The notes beneath the pieces were generated by a model. The model was given only the letters and a program-made list of their open reading frames with translations. It searched no databases and was not told the origin of the DNA. Positions 1 through 13,000 of a DNA stretch of 64,000 bases are shown one piece after another (position 1 is the first letter of the stretch; the number at the start of each line of letters is the position of its first letter). The stretch covers positions 656,625-720,624 of the forward strand of contig BFEA01000005.1 in assembly GCA_003427395.1 (NCBI GenBank), in the 5' to 3' direction. The translations under genes and the position numbers were made by a program. Source of the stretch: Chara braunii. Its lineage: Eukaryota; Plantae; Charophyceae.

Positions 1-2713
1 TGATGAATCTGGCCCAACCCTTGGGCCAAATTCCCAGTTTTGTCATTTTCCTTGCTTTGTTTTCCCTCCATTTTGCTGCCACCTCATTCCGGAGCTAGCC
101 GTTTTGTGTCAGCCCACAAAATATGACTAGATCTCCTTCTTCACAAGATCTGATTTTGGATCTAAGGTCAAAAAAATAGCCGCTCAACTCACATCAGCAT
201 TTTTGTGCATTTTTGCTGATTTAACTTAGATATTGCAGAGATAATGCCCCAAGGGCCTTATCTCTGCAATCCGGACTACCCTCCTAGAATCTTGGAGGGA
301 TGAGGTCATCATTGAGACCTGCTAGTCCCTACCGCTGCAGTCCCAACTTGGCGGCATTTTTTTCTCCACCTTTTCCTCCCTCTCTGTCTCTTCTTTCTCC
401 TTTTTTTCCCCTTTTTCTCCCCTTTTTCTCTCCTTCCTCCTTTATTTCTGCTGGGACAAGTGTCCAATAGCTATTTTCCCTCTTTTTAGCAGTTGGAGCC
501 CACCCAAAGTCTGATTTTGCAGCCGGCACATGACCGTTGTGCCTCGGACTGCAGTCTGGGCACCCCCGCGGCTCTAGGGGCTCCATTTGGCCACCGCTAC
601 TCCCCGTCTAGGTCCCTTTCACTCCGATTTTCCCCGGGCAGCCCTTTTTCCTTGCGGCCCTCCTGGAACTTTATTTTTCTTGGCCCGGCTGGCCCCGACC
701 ATTCCGGATTGTCAGCCAGACCTCCTTGCCGCTACTGCTCTACTTTTCCCGCGGCCTCCCGAGCCGGCGCTTGCCGCGGTGGTGCTTGGTGTATTTTTCC
801 CATCCCGACCCATGGTCCAGATGGGGCCGTCTGCAGGCGCCACCTGGCTATTTTTACCGCCTACCCCATTCAGTTCAGGAGTCCTCTAGGGCATCCCAGG
901 TCCTTTCCGAATTTTCTCGCATCACCCCCGCTCCTTTTCATTTTGTCAATGATTCTCCATCGACGCCCCGACTTTTTCCTGCTTTTCCGCTAATCTTAGT
1001 TCCCCTCCCGTCTTTTCCGGCTTCGCCCCGGGTGACGTTCCTGTTTTCCCTTGGTCTGTCTGGCGTCCTCGTCGTCCAATTGCTGGCTATTTCGCTGACG
1101 TCTTCTGATACTTGGTTCTTCGTGGCCTCCTGATACTTGGTTCCGTCGACTGTTCCTGACACTTCCCTGTTCACAAGCTGCGTCTTCTGCATTTGCGTAT
1201 TCGTAGTAGTCTCTCCTGTTTTTGCCAGCTTCCCTCGTTGTTTTCTACCCGATAGGCCACTCTCCCCAGACGGCTCGTCTTTTCCGCGTCTCGTCACTGC
1301 TCCCGATTTTCTCTGATGTGCACAAATCGGCCAAATCCAAGTTCTCGAGTGACGGGAATTCATTCGGGACCCACCGGTCCCGACACATTCCCCCCACTTA
1401 TTCGCAATGTCCTCATCGCGCATTAGTCCATAGTTAGTAGGAATCTGGAGGCACGGACGGGGGGGACGGAGGGGAGGGTCAAGATGGGCGATTAGCTTGC
1501 CAAGGTCCTTTTTTTCTTCTTCTCAATCTTTTCTCGGGGGTTCCTTTTGTCTTTAGGGTGGGGGAGGGTATGGGGCTCGGGGTTTCCTCTTCAAACTTTC
1601 TCCTTCCTTCCTATAAGTTAGACAAAGCTGCTCATTTTCGTCATAGCTCTGCCTTTTTATCGTCCCTTCCACCGAGACACGGGTTTCCTTCTCAGTCAAC
1701 TCTGTATACCCAGCAAGGCAGCCCAGCGTTCCTTTGACTCCAGTAACACGAGGCAGGCGAGGCTCCCCTTGCTTCCTGCTCTTAATTCCCAGCAGACGGA
1801 CTTCCTCCCCGGGATAACCATTCGTTGCCCTAGTCTGGTTGGTTTTTCCTGCCTTGGTTTTGCTGATAACAATTGTAGGCAAGTTTTTGGATGTGACTCG
1901 ATGTCAGGCATCTGCTCCGGAAGGGGGGTGTTCGTCCTGTACAACCGCCGCCTTTGCTGTGGTGATACCCACTTCGAATTGATGAACACAGGCACAACTC
2001 CCCTTAGCTGCATTATAACCTCGATTCCATCTCTCCACCACTCCCCACTGCTCCCTTCTTTCCCCTGGGTCATTTTTTTTCGGCCTTTTCTTAGGTCCTG
2101 CCAATCCTGCCCGCGTCTCACCCCAGTCACCTCATCGCTCTGCCATTCATTACCCCCTTCCCTTGTGCTTTCGTTTTGCCCGTTTTCTTTGATCCTTTGT
2201 AGATTTTGGAAAGACCGCCCTTTTCTTCCCCCCCACTCAATGACAAGAATCCCCCCTCCCTTCCCTTTTTTCTTCATTCCATTTTTTCTTTGTTTTCTTT
2301 ATTTCCCCTCGGCGGCTCTTTTGTGACCCGGCTCAACCACGACCAAAGGCAATTTTCACACTCCATATAACCGGCTCCTTTATGGCCCAACTCAGCCAAG
2401 TCCATTGCAATTCTCACAATCCGTCTGACCAGGCACCTTTATGGCCCAATTCAGCTAAGTCCAATGCAATTCTCACAATCCATCTGGTCAGGCACCTTTA
2501 TGGCTCAGCTCAGCCACGTCCAATGCAATTCTCACAATCCATCTGGTCAGGCACCTTTATGGCCCAGCTCAGCCACGTCCAATGCAATTCTCACAATCCA
2601 TCTGGTCAGGCACCTTTATGGCCCAGCTCAGCCACGTCCAATGCAATTTTCTTGGCCATCTTTTCCTGGGCCTTTTACTTCTTTGCACGCTTTGTCCTTA
2701 GGTAGATGGCACA
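1..2713 (-). repeat. 3' LTR of element 1 (>=2.7 kb, incomplete)
   Basis: Starts TGTGCCATC on the minus strand directly after the PPT. Segments in 1-1430 are homologous in inverse orientation to 59814-62100. No second LTR copy is available to confirm it. Confidence 0.7.
2372..2650. repeat. ~59-bp tandem repeat (about 4.5 copies) inside the LTR
   Basis: Unit GGCACCTTTATGGCCCAGCTCAGCCACGTCCAATGCAATTCTCACAATCCATCTGGTCA. Confidence 0.95.
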
Positions 2714-2727
2714 TCTTCCCCCCACTC
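2714..2727 (-). promoter_or_regulatory. Polypurine tract of element 1
   Basis: Minus strand GGGGACATCGCGATT-GAGTGGGGGGAAGA followed immediately by TG. Confidence 0.75.
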
Positions 2728-3628
2728 AATCGCGATGTCCCCATCACGTTACAGGTTCTCACTTGGAGGCACGCAGACCTTGCCTGCCGACTGAGTAAGC
2801 GGATGCCGGCCCATCAGCAAGAGGAAGGGTGATCAGTTATTCCCTTGTTGATAACTCACCTCATCCCCTACCTTAGTTCGGCGGCCACCAACTCGGAGAT
2901 AGGCATCATCATTGAGGTGCCTCCTCGCAGCCGTGAGACAGGTCTAGTCCCTATCTCCCAGGACCCCATCCTGCCCGAGAGTGGCTCCCTCACGAATCAT
3001 TCCTCCCAAAGTGGTATGTTTTGCGAATCCGGCCTCATCCAATCCAAGAGAGTTGGGGCTCTCAATTAGTCCGCGAGTGCAGTTACGAAGACCTCGCAAT
3101 TAGTCCCGAAACGGTTGTAATGCTCCGGCAGGGCAGTGTCAATGCCCCGTGGTGGCCGCGGACTCCACCCGGTACTCCGCCAAGCCGACAGTGCCACCCA
3201 ACTTAGTGCGGGCAGCCGAGGTCCGACCCAAACGGCCATGGCACCCCTCTATGACATGGCGTGTGGTTGGAAAGGACAAAATAGACTAGATGAGAATGGC
3301 TTCCTTGCCCATTTGGCTCTCTCGCCCTTTGACGTTTAGGCATTCAACAGGAGGCGCAGTTTGAACTCCCCGACTAGAGCTCACTGTCAGGGTCAGTTCC
3401 GGACGTCCCACACCGATCCAAGTGGTAGGTGCCTTAGTCCTTTAACCCTCATCCTCTTAAAGGAGGAGCAGGTCGCGCTGAGACTTTTTCCCTCAAAGGG
3501 ATAGAGGTCTTGGGGTCGCGGTGCGTGCACCAGTATCCCCCTCTCGCGGAGGCCAAAGACTAGAAGAAAAGAGAAATCCATTTCAGTGCCATTTCCAAGT
3601 CCATTTAAAGTCGCCTAAGGTCCCCTAA

Positions 3629-4189
3629 TTATGCAATGCAATTTCCAATACTCAATCCAATTCCAATGCTCAATCTCATTCCGATGCTCAATCTCAGTCC
3701 AATGCTTGATGCGATTATCTCTTCCAAGGCTGAGTCCAGTGTCCTTTCCAAGGCTGAGTCCAATATCCTTTTCAAGGCTGAGTCCAATCTCTTTTCCAAG
3801 CTCAGTCTTTCCAATGTCCTTTTTCCAAGGTTCAAATCTTTGAATATCATGCGTTTCAAGCAGTCATGCAAGGGGACCCCAGTGCCAATTCCAAAGAATG
3901 ACCCTTGTCAGGGGCCATTCCGAACAACCTGGTTAGGATCGTTCTTCTTTCCCAATCTCGAGCTTTGAACAGCCTGGTTAGGGCCATTCCTATTTCCATT
4001 CCATACTCATACTTGAATAGCCTGGTTAGGGTCATTCCTATTTCCATTCCCTTTTCCATACAAGCGCCCGAGGTGGTGGGCTGAGGGAGGCTCGGATCCG
4101 ATTGTCAGTTGAGGGTGGTAGGTGGTGGCCATTAGTTTTAGCGTGCTATGCATTTTCTTGCTCCACTTTTCTTTATCTTTCTCATACAT
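3629..4189 (-). pseudogene. Possible degraded second 3' ORF with short peptide repeats
   Basis: ORFs 4007-4189 and 3629-3871 share one frame, broken by two TGA codons. Repeats are GNRNDPNQ-like x3 and LDSAL x3 (24-bp units). Confidence 0.3.
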
Positions 4190-4830
4190 CCGACTTAGCG
4201 TCTAGCTCGCGGTGGGATTCACCCAGCCCTTAGCAATGCTAGCCCGCCCGGTCGTTCACTCATAGCTGCAGGTCTCATGCATATTGACGTTGAGGACTGG
4301 ACTCCGTCGGATTAGGCTCCTAGGGGAAAGCATTGTCGTGCCGTTCTACCCGTAGGTTCCCTAACCTCTCTTAACAGGACACCATCGTCATTCACACATG
4401 TGACCATACATTCTAAGAGACTCATTGTGTCTGTAGCCCGTCCCAAGTCCTTCCAATCCAACCAGTATCACAATTTGTTGAGAAGACAAAAACCAAATTA
4501 CAGATTGTTTAAATAGCAAAGAGAGAACCCCCTTATGTTCGAATTCCCCAATCACACTCTCCTTCGTCTTTGCCAAACTCAGAAAAGGTAGCTGATACTC
4601 AAAAAGTTGTTCCTCCCTGCATCTCCCAGCTTGCCCTCATGTCTTTTGGCAAGTTTCAGGTCAGCAGGCATCGTTTCACACAAAGTCCCACATCCTTGCC
4701 TTGACTAACTCTGTTTCTAGGAAGCCACTTAACAAAATACAACCCCCGTCTTTCTCCCCGATTGGTTTGCCTGGTCCCAGCGCCCCTATTTTACATCCAA
4801 CTGTGCCATCCGACCCCGGTTTGCCAACCC

Positions 4831-5546
4831 TTAATTCCCAGTATCCCGGTCCGTTCTTTGGCGCTTCGCGCCCCTGCCCTCCTCTGTCTTTGGTGGCGGC
4901 GCCACCCCCAGCCNNNNNNNNNNNNNNNNNNNNCCTTCATATCATGTAATGTTTCTTTTGAGAAAAAGTCCGTTGGCGTGACCCTCTCCCCAGCCGCCAT
5001 GAGGCTATGGGCTATAATAATCCAGTCATGTCTGAAAGTGTTGGCCCACACCTCGAACCAATGACTGGGTGTGGGGCCGAATACCTCCTCCCAATCATGG
5101 ACCTCCTCTGAGGCCCTGCTTGTTGATGCCTGTCCTTCCGGCCTGGGCCTTGAGACCCTATCCACCTCGTCATCGCTACTTACAATTACAATCTCCGGAA
5201 TGTCCTCCCCTGTCTCACTGTCATCTTATGTGGATCCCTTAGCGTCTTCCCGACTTCCCTGCCCAGGTTCTTCCTTGTGCTGGTCCTCTGTCCCTTTTTC
5301 TTCCCTCCTTTCCTTCCGTTCTTGCTCACTCTCATACTTTGACCAGGCTGGGAGCACATCGCCCTCTTTTGTAGGGGAGGGTCTACAGGCTCGCATCTTC
5401 CTTTTTCCCGTCCTCACAGGGGGCCGGGGTTGCGGTCCTATCACGAGCACTGGTCTGTTTCTGTTTTGCGGCCTCTCTGGTTGCTGCCATGGGTCCTCAA
5501 CATTGATGTTTGCTTGATTAATATCGTTCTCGTTGTTGGGTGCCAT
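4831..5546 (-). pseudogene. Accessory ORF at the env position downstream of pol (charged, low-complexity, with a Trp-rich C-terminal segment)
   Basis: ATG 5546 (MAPNNEND...), one in-frame TAA at 5226-5228, then ...DWEEVFGPTPSHWFEVWANTFRHDWIIIAHSLM... A small gap follows; probable stop at 4831-4833. Preceded by a pyrimidine tract plus CAG. Confidence 0.55.
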
Positions 5547-5964
5547 CTTGGTCTGCCTGACTTCTATACCTGAAAGGCAGGACACAAGACATGAGAAAGC
5601 CCGAACCCATTCCCTTGTGACACTCGTCCCAGGCTCTGCCCACACGTGTCCCTGAATCCCGGTTGCTCCCACGGAAACAGAAAGGCATGAAGAAGAAAAA
5701 AAAAGGAGGAACAGCCGACCACCTCGCCCCCTTTTCCCAACGCCCCTCCAATGCCATGTCTTATGGTACAATGTCCCATCCCCCATTGCTCATCCCAGTA
5801 TCCCACAAAAACTATGATACAGAAAAACCCCGCCGAATCGCATATTTTCCCATGCGACTCGTGCACACCCAGGCCGTCAAAGGGAAAGAAACACACAAAA
5901 AACAAAAGACAACAACCAGAAGCACAAGCGATAAGTAGGCCTCTTGCCACTGTCCTGAGCGGCC

Positions 5965-8900
5965 TTAGTCTTCTGCCTCCTTATCCTGGGCTTCTTGCAG
6001 CCATTGTTCCACCGGATCCCTAGTGAGAAACCTGACCAGTCGTTGCGCAGGGACTGGCCCCCTTATAGTGATCCCATCGAGGTTCTCAATCTCAAACGAG
6101 CTCACACCCAATTTTCTTGCAATACGGTAAGGTCCCTTGAATCGCCGCCCCAACTGGCCTGACCATGTAGTTTCTAGTGCCGAATTTCTGACTAGGACCA
6201 TCTCCCCGACCTGCAGAGGCTCCTTCCGGATATTCTTCAACTGGTCCCACCTAGTTTTGTCCTTCATGCGACTGTCTAGTACCTTGTGAGCTATTTCTTC
6301 CAAGGCTTCCTCGTTCCTGGCCGCTTGTTCACACCTTGCCTCAATCAATTGTTCCGTAGTCAGATGAGGGTCATCTTCCAATTTGTTCCAGGTGGGTACT
6401 AGGGCCTCTACCGGAAAGTCAATCTCCCTGCCATACCATAGCTCTGTCGGGATGCATCCCGTCGTCTTTTTTGGTGTCCTATTCTCGGCAAATACCGCGT
6501 GTCTGAGATAGTCCGGCCAGTTCCCAAGGTCATCTGCTGCCAACTTTGCAATCGTGTTCTTAAGCGTTTGGTGCCCTCGCTCGACTGGCACGTTGGCCTC
6601 ACGGTGGTATGGTTCTGTCAATTTGATCGGTACGCCAAGCCTCTTGCAGGTATTCAGGACGTCCTAGTTCACAAACTCAGTCACATTGTCGGCTATGAAT
6701 CTCCTAATGAACGGGTGCCTCAGATAAAAGTCCTCCACCTAGTCTGCAGCTGCAAACCCAGTTTTCTTCTTGAGCGCGGTTGCCTCGACAAACCCACTAA
6801 GGTTATCCCTTGCGTCAAGTATGTACCTGTACCCTTTTCTGGAAACCGACATGACTGCCAGGTGGAGATGTACCATATGCCATGGCCCCAGTACGCGGGT
6901 GGGTCTAAGTGGCTCGAAAATGCGGACCGTGCTTCGTTCCTGGCAGATTTTGCAGGTCTGGCAGTACGTGGCTACCATCGATGCCATTCCCGGCCAATAA
7001 TAGAGTGGCGTTATCTTGGCTAAGGTCCCTTTGGATGACCGATGGCCACCGGCCAATCCGTCATGCATGGCCTGAATAATGTCGAGTCGTCGCATCCTTC
7101 CACAGACTACTCTCCTGGGCGTCAGGCCTTCCTCCTTTCGGAATAGGTGCCCCTTTCTAAGCACATACCTATCCGCTTCCTCCCTAGCTTTAGGACTAAC
7201 CTCGTGGGGTTCCTTGTTTCCCACCAGTAGCAACCCAATTTCTCTGAACAAACCTTCATATGACTTGATGAGGAAGAACTGCTCTTCTTCCTGAGTACCC
7301 GTCTGATTATTATCCACCTGATAGGCCTGATAGTGCTGCATCTCCAGCTTCTGAGACTCCAGCATGCTCATAACCCTTCTCCAGCCTCCCTCAATGGCTA
7401 GTGCGATTTGTTCGTCCCGGGGCTTCACAACACTACCACAGGCGTCCTTCTCTTCCCTCCTTCCAACTCTGGTGACCGTTCCCTCCCTTAACTCGGCAAC
7501 CACTGCCAGAGGCCCTTTTTCGAGTGCTTTGATCAATAGCTCCCCAGTTGTGCAAGTGGTTCCGGCCATCTTGCTGTCTACTACCAGCGTCCCGCCCTCG
7601 TAGTCGAGGAACGCGTCGATCGGCTCTGCCTCTTCTAGCCCTTCGGGTGTGAGAGCCACCCTGCTCAGTCCGTCTGCTCGATTCCTAAGGCTGGCTATGA
7701 GCTCAATCTTATAGTCGAACTGCCAGATAAATCCTACCCATCTTCCAACAGTCGGGTCTATAGGCTTATAGTTCTTCAGGGCCCCGGCGACATTGGTTGG
7801 GTCTATCCTCAGGATAAACCTCCTCCCGAAGAGGTAAGCCTGAAAGACTTGAGGCAATGCAGTATCGCAAGTACCTCCTTCTTGAACTGAGAGTAGCGCC
7901 GCTCTACCGAATTGAGCGTCCTACTCTCAAATCTGATCGGTCGCTCTCTACCATCTTCGCCTTTTTGAATTAGCACCCCGCCGATTGCCATTGGTCCTCC
8001 ATCCGTCTCAAGGATGAAAGGTCGACCGACCTCGTCGTTGAAACATGGAGCGACAAGGGTGACTTCTTCGGATGTGAGAATATTTTTCAGGGTCTGGACG
8101 GCCGATTCCCTTTGCTCAGTCCAATCGAGTGTGCCTTCTTCACGGATCATGGCTCGAATCGGTTCCGCTATCTTTGCGAACCCTTTTATGAAGATTCTCC
8201 AAAAGCCTACCACCCCCAGGAATGCCCTGACTTCTGTTGTAGTTTGAAGGGGCATAGGCCACTGTGCTATCTTATCGGTCTTAGCCGGATCCGGCTTCCT
8301 TCCATAGGCGCCACAACGAAATCCCAAAATTGTGACTTCTGGAACTGCCAAGATACTCTTCGGGCCGCTAGCGGTTATGTTGTAATCTAGGAATCTTCGC
8401 AGCAGCTCTCTAATATCCTGCAGGTGGTCCCAAACAAACTTTCTTATCCCCGGCTGGACTTCGGTCTCATCCTTCTCTCATGCTCCTTTGACAGGGTTGT
8501 CGTCAATGTAGGGCTCACATTTGTCTGGGAACATGTCCCTGGCCACCGCGAGCATCCTCCTTTGTGCCTCTGCTACCGCATTAGTAAATCCCATAGGCGT
8601 GACCTGCATCTGCAACTATCCTACTGGCGTATGCATAGCCGTGTAGGGCCTATCTCGTGCGTCCAGCGGGAGCTGGTCGTATCCTGAGTACAGATCTATC
8701 AAGGAGTAAATACTGCGTCCGGCATGGGATTCGGCCAGGAGATCTGCCTGCGGCAACGATCCCGCATCCCGGATGGTGACAGCATTTAACTTTTGCAGGT
8801 CCTGAATCCACCTAAGTGACTTGTTGGGCTTGCGGAATACAAACCACTTGTTGGCATAAGGAGATGCGGTGGGTTCTGCCACGAAGGAGTCCATTTTTGC

Positions 8901-9320
8901 CCTAAGGAGCTCCTTCACTTCTCCTGCGATCCCAAAGTCGTAGGCCGGTCCCTTGTCATTCCAACACTCATGCTCGACCGTGTGGATCCTGACTGGTAGG
9001 ATCAACTTAGCGTCCAGGCGCCCTTTCTGATGGTCATTGAAAGTGAATGCTAGGTGAGATTCTTGGCACACTTCTTTGATTGCCTGTGTTTCTTGCTCCG
9101 TCAGAAAACCCTTTACTCCGATCTTCATGGTTTGGGCCACCTCATTCGGTATCCTATGTCCTTCTGCCACCCTCCTTTCTCTAATTACCCGAAGAACCTC
9201 CTCCTCCTTTTCCATGGCCTCCTCCTTAGTCATCGCGAGTAGGATGGAGACCGGCTTCGCCTTCTTTCCTACGGGCTTATACCTCCGAACGCTTCCTTCC
9301 CGGATCTTTCTTCTAAAAAA
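5965..9320 (-). pseudogene. pol: pol (RT, RNase H, integrase), disabled by stops and a frameshift
   Basis: RT: DLQKLNAVT, LIDLYSGYDQ, PMGFTNA, PYIDD (YIDD at 8499-8510). RNase H: FILETDGG, YSQFKKE, ADGLSR. Integrase: HDGLAGGH..CKIC, IADNVTEF, ANVPVER, FKGPY. Stops at 8616, 8478, 6739 and one more in IN; frameshift near 7850. Confidence 0.95.
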
Positions 9321-12300
9321 TGAACGGCCGGAGTTGCTTGAGGGGCTTCCACAATGCGGGGCTGAATACTAACCAACTCCCCATTTAGGCAATAGCCTTT
9401 TTGGACCCTCTCCTCAAAGCGGGCGAGGGTGGCCGAGTCAACAGCCACTTTGTGGTACCTGATTGCTTTGACAAGCTGCAGTAAGTCCGGGATTTCTAGT
9501 GTGACCTTATCCTTCTTATCCCGGATCTCCCCGTGCTTGGGCAAACTGGCTCCCAATTCCACCTCTGTTTCCTTCTCTACTACCATGACTCCCAGGCCGT
9601 CTTCGTCTGACCTACGTTTCTTCATCGGGAGTCCCATCTTGACCCATTCTTTCTTACTAAAGGCCTCTTCGATCATAATTTCCACCCTNNNNNNNNNNNN
9701 NNNNNNNNNNNNNNNNNNNNNNNNNNNNNNNNNNNNNNNNNNNNNNNNNNNNNNNNNNNNNNNNNNNNNNNNNNNNNNNNNNNNNNNNNNNNNNNNNNNN
9801 NNNNNNNNNNNNNNNNNNNNNNNNNNNNNNNNNNNNNNNNNNNNNNNNNNNNNNNNNNNNNNNNNNNNNNNNNNNNNNNNNNNNNNNNNNNNNNNNNNNN
9901 NNNNNNNNNNNNNNNNNNNNNNNNNNNNNNNNNNNNNNNNNNNNNNNNNNNNNNNNNNNNNNNNNNNNNNNNNNNNNNNNNNNGGTTCCCATAAGGCGAA
10001 GCAGCTCGCCTCGTCCTGTCACCGGGTCCTCTATGTCTACCATGTAGGCGCCGTCGTGCAGATGCATCCCGATCATTTGTACGTTCGCACACCACGGGCG
10101 CCCGAGGATCACGTCATGGTCCATTTCGTCCATGACGGTCATTCGTTGGAACGACCATATAGACTCTCTAACCCCGGCTTTAACTGCGCACTTGGTAACA
10201 TAGCCGGAAAAGGGGATTTCCCCACCTGCTCCCCGGACACTCCCCGTGACCTCCCAATTGATTGGGCACCCAGCAATTGTTGCAAAGTCCTTGCAAATGA
10301 GTGTGATTTCTGCCCTGCCATCTACCAGTGCATCCATGTGGTGGATGCCAATCTGGACTTTCAGTTTCCCTACCGGTAGCGCATGGAAACTCAGTTTCGT
10401 GCCAGGCGGTGCCCTCATGACTTCTCCGCCTTCCCGGTCTGGCAGACTTAGCCGGATGTCTGCGAAGGCCTTCTCTAGATCTTCCAGATCCCCGGGGGCC
10501 CTCTGAAGGTTTGCCACTTCCCGCGGTGGCTCCTCTTCCTTGCCTTCTTCGCGTACATCCGGTTCCTCCGCTACTTCCACCCTTTGCCTTGTTAGCAGCT
10601 GTCTTAGGCCCTTTAGTAGTCTAGGACTAACCTGCAACATGGTATGGAAGGAAACCGATACCATGGTCCCTAGCAACTGGCTAAGAGTGTGGTCTATCTC
10701 AGGATCGACAAGGATAGGGATCTGGTACCTGAATTTCTTCTTTGCGGATGTTACTTTGTCTACGGGCGCCTCCTCCCTAGGCTTGCCGTAAACTTTGTCC
10801 TGGTCCGATTCTGCTGGCGGATTCGACCCTTCCTGCACGTCTTCCATGACCGCGTCCTGAATTACCTTCTTTGTAGCACCCCGTTGTCTGGTGGTCACAT
10901 TAACCCCGTCGCGGTCATCACTCTCGGTGATGAAGTTGACCTGGTGCCCTCGCCCGGGTGCCTGTCCCCAGGTAAGTTCCTCTACTGGTTCGGCCTCAAC
11001 CGCGGCTGCATCCAGGTTGTTGAGTGCGATTACTGCTCTGCGCATCCCTCCCGGCGAGTTCCAGTTTACCCTCTCTCCTCGTGGCCCCAGGATTTCCCCG
11101 CACAAAGTTCTAAAGCACTGTTTAAGAATGATATCGTGGTTAAGCCTGGGACACATGCGGACAAAATGCCCGACTATCGTGCAGTACTTGCACTGCTCAT
11201 TGGCCGGGTCCTTTCGATTATTACCGCGGTTGGCTATCCGGGGGGGTACGATTGCCTCTTGTGGCGGGAGGGGGGGTCGTACTGCTTGCGTTTGCGAGAC
11301 TTGGGCTTGCATCACCAGTAAGGCATTCTCTACTCTCTCTATCTTGCCGTCAACCCCGTGGACCCGCTCATGCAGGCTTTCGATTCCTTTCTTCACTTTA
11401 TCTTCAACCTTGCCTGTCAAATCTATGATCTCTCCTTCTTTTAGCAGGGCCAACGAGTCAGTCACCACCATCTTCTCTGCAATATCCGTTATAGTGCTGA
11501 AATCTACGTCTCTAGTGTTCAGGAACTTTGCTGTCTGCTGGTAGGCGGACAAGATCTTATCCTTGTCAAACTCGGTGAACTGCTTTAGGAAGTACTTGCT
11601 CATTATTCGGTCCGTCACTCTGGGGATTCGTAGTGCTACGAGAGTAAACTCCCTTAGNNNNNNNNNNNNNNNNNNNNNNNNNNNNNNNNNNNNNNNNNNN
11701 NNNNNNNNNNNNNNNNNNNNNNNNNNNNNNNNNNNNNNNNNNNNNNNNNNNNNNNNNNNNNNNNNNNNNNNNNNNNNNNNNNNNNNNNNNNNNNNNNNNN
11801 NNNNNNNNNNNNNNNNNNNNNNNNNNNNNNNNNNNNNNNNNNNNNNNNNNNNNNNNNNNNNNNNNNNNNNNNNNNNNNNNNNNNNNNNNNNNNNNNNNNN
11901 NNNNNNNNNNNNNNNNNNNNNNNNNNNNNNNNNNNNNNNNNNNNNNNNNNNNNNNNNCTTTCCATGATCCGCTTGTTGCGACGATTGCCATTATGTCCCT
12001 ACCTAGGTTGAGTGACACATGCTGGCCTAGGTGCTCCATCTTTTCCTCCTCAATCCATCTTAGTAAGGCTGCTAGATTTTCATAATCGATTAGGAACTTG
12101 GTGATGTTTCCGCCATCGAAAGTCAGCTTTTTCTTGGCGTCGGCCAAGTATCCCTGGTTTTTGCTTAGAGCACGCGTGAGGGACGACACCACCTTCCTAA
12201 GCCCTCCCTCAATCATCCCGGGTCCTGTTGCGGAACTCGGACTGGCGCCTTCCTTGCTAAAATCGAGTTGCCCTTTTGGCTTTGCAATCCCTTCCGGGTC

Positions 12301-12942
12301 AAACCATCCTAGCACCCTTTCCCTCAGGCTCCAGAGTCCCTCGCATCCTCTTGCACTTACAGGCGACGCCGAGGGTCGGCTTGCTCTGCTGTCCAGTAGG
12401 GGTGGATTGACTGGTCTATCCCTATCCTCCCTAAGGAATTTTATTCCTTCTTTCCCTTTCCTTGTTGGGGTGTCCCTCGTGTCTCTGGGCCAGTCCTTCC
12501 TGTGTTGTGCATCCCCATCCTGGCTTCCTTGCCCGAGGTCCAGTTCCCCTTCTTCCCACGTCCTGTCATCAGCGACATTTTTCTCGGCATCGTTCATGAT
12601 CTCTTTCAATAGTTTTGCCCTGTATTCTGTCGTGCGTCTCTCTACTTCGGCTAGCTTTCTCCGTGCATCCGTTAGCCTAACCTTTTTCGGCTCCGTCCCC
12701 TCGGGCTGCTGACGAGCCGGACTCTCCCTGTCTCTGACTTCCTTGGTTCCCGGAGTCCCCCGTTTACTTCCCCTGCTCTTTCCTGAATCTTCCCCGGGCA
12801 CAGCGTCCTTGCTCCTCTCCCTGTTTCCTAGTGACTTTGCCGACCCCCGATCCCCTAGGTCCTGCTCTTCTTGATCTACGTCATCCTCTACGTCCTGATT
12901 TCCGTCCCTCAATTGACTTCCAGCCTCGTCTCCCGTGGCCAT
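9269..12942 (-). CDS. gag: gag-protease polyprotein ORF1 (spans two N gaps, so continuity is inferred)
   Basis: ATG 12942; gag-like LTFDGGNITKFLIDYE; zinc knuckle CKYCTIVGHFVRMC (~11151-11192); aspartic protease ALVDGRAEITL ... DVILGRPW. Confidence 0.85.
9314..9320 (-). promoter_or_regulatory. Candidate -1 ribosomal frameshift heptamer U UUU UUA
   Basis: In correct X XXY YYZ phase with ORF1 (CAT TTT TTA). It lies in the 100-nt overlap (9269-9368) with the pol frame, which is -1. Confidence 0.65.
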
Positions 12943-12960
12943 GTTTTCCTTCCTCTAGCC

Positions 12961-13000
12961 CTGTGATATGGAAGAAGGGGAAAAAATAAAATAAAATAAA
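12961..13000 (-). promoter_or_regulatory. Candidate 3' splice acceptor upstream of gag
   Basis: TTTATTTTATTTTATTTTTTCCCCTTCTTCCATATCACAG|G, 18 nt before the gag ATG. Confidence 0.6.

Noticed and set aside
9429-12712. Long + strand ORFs overlapping gag-pol, and ORFs made of X or (GA)n
   Set aside because: Antisense shadows of coding sequence, or gap/microsatellite artifacts
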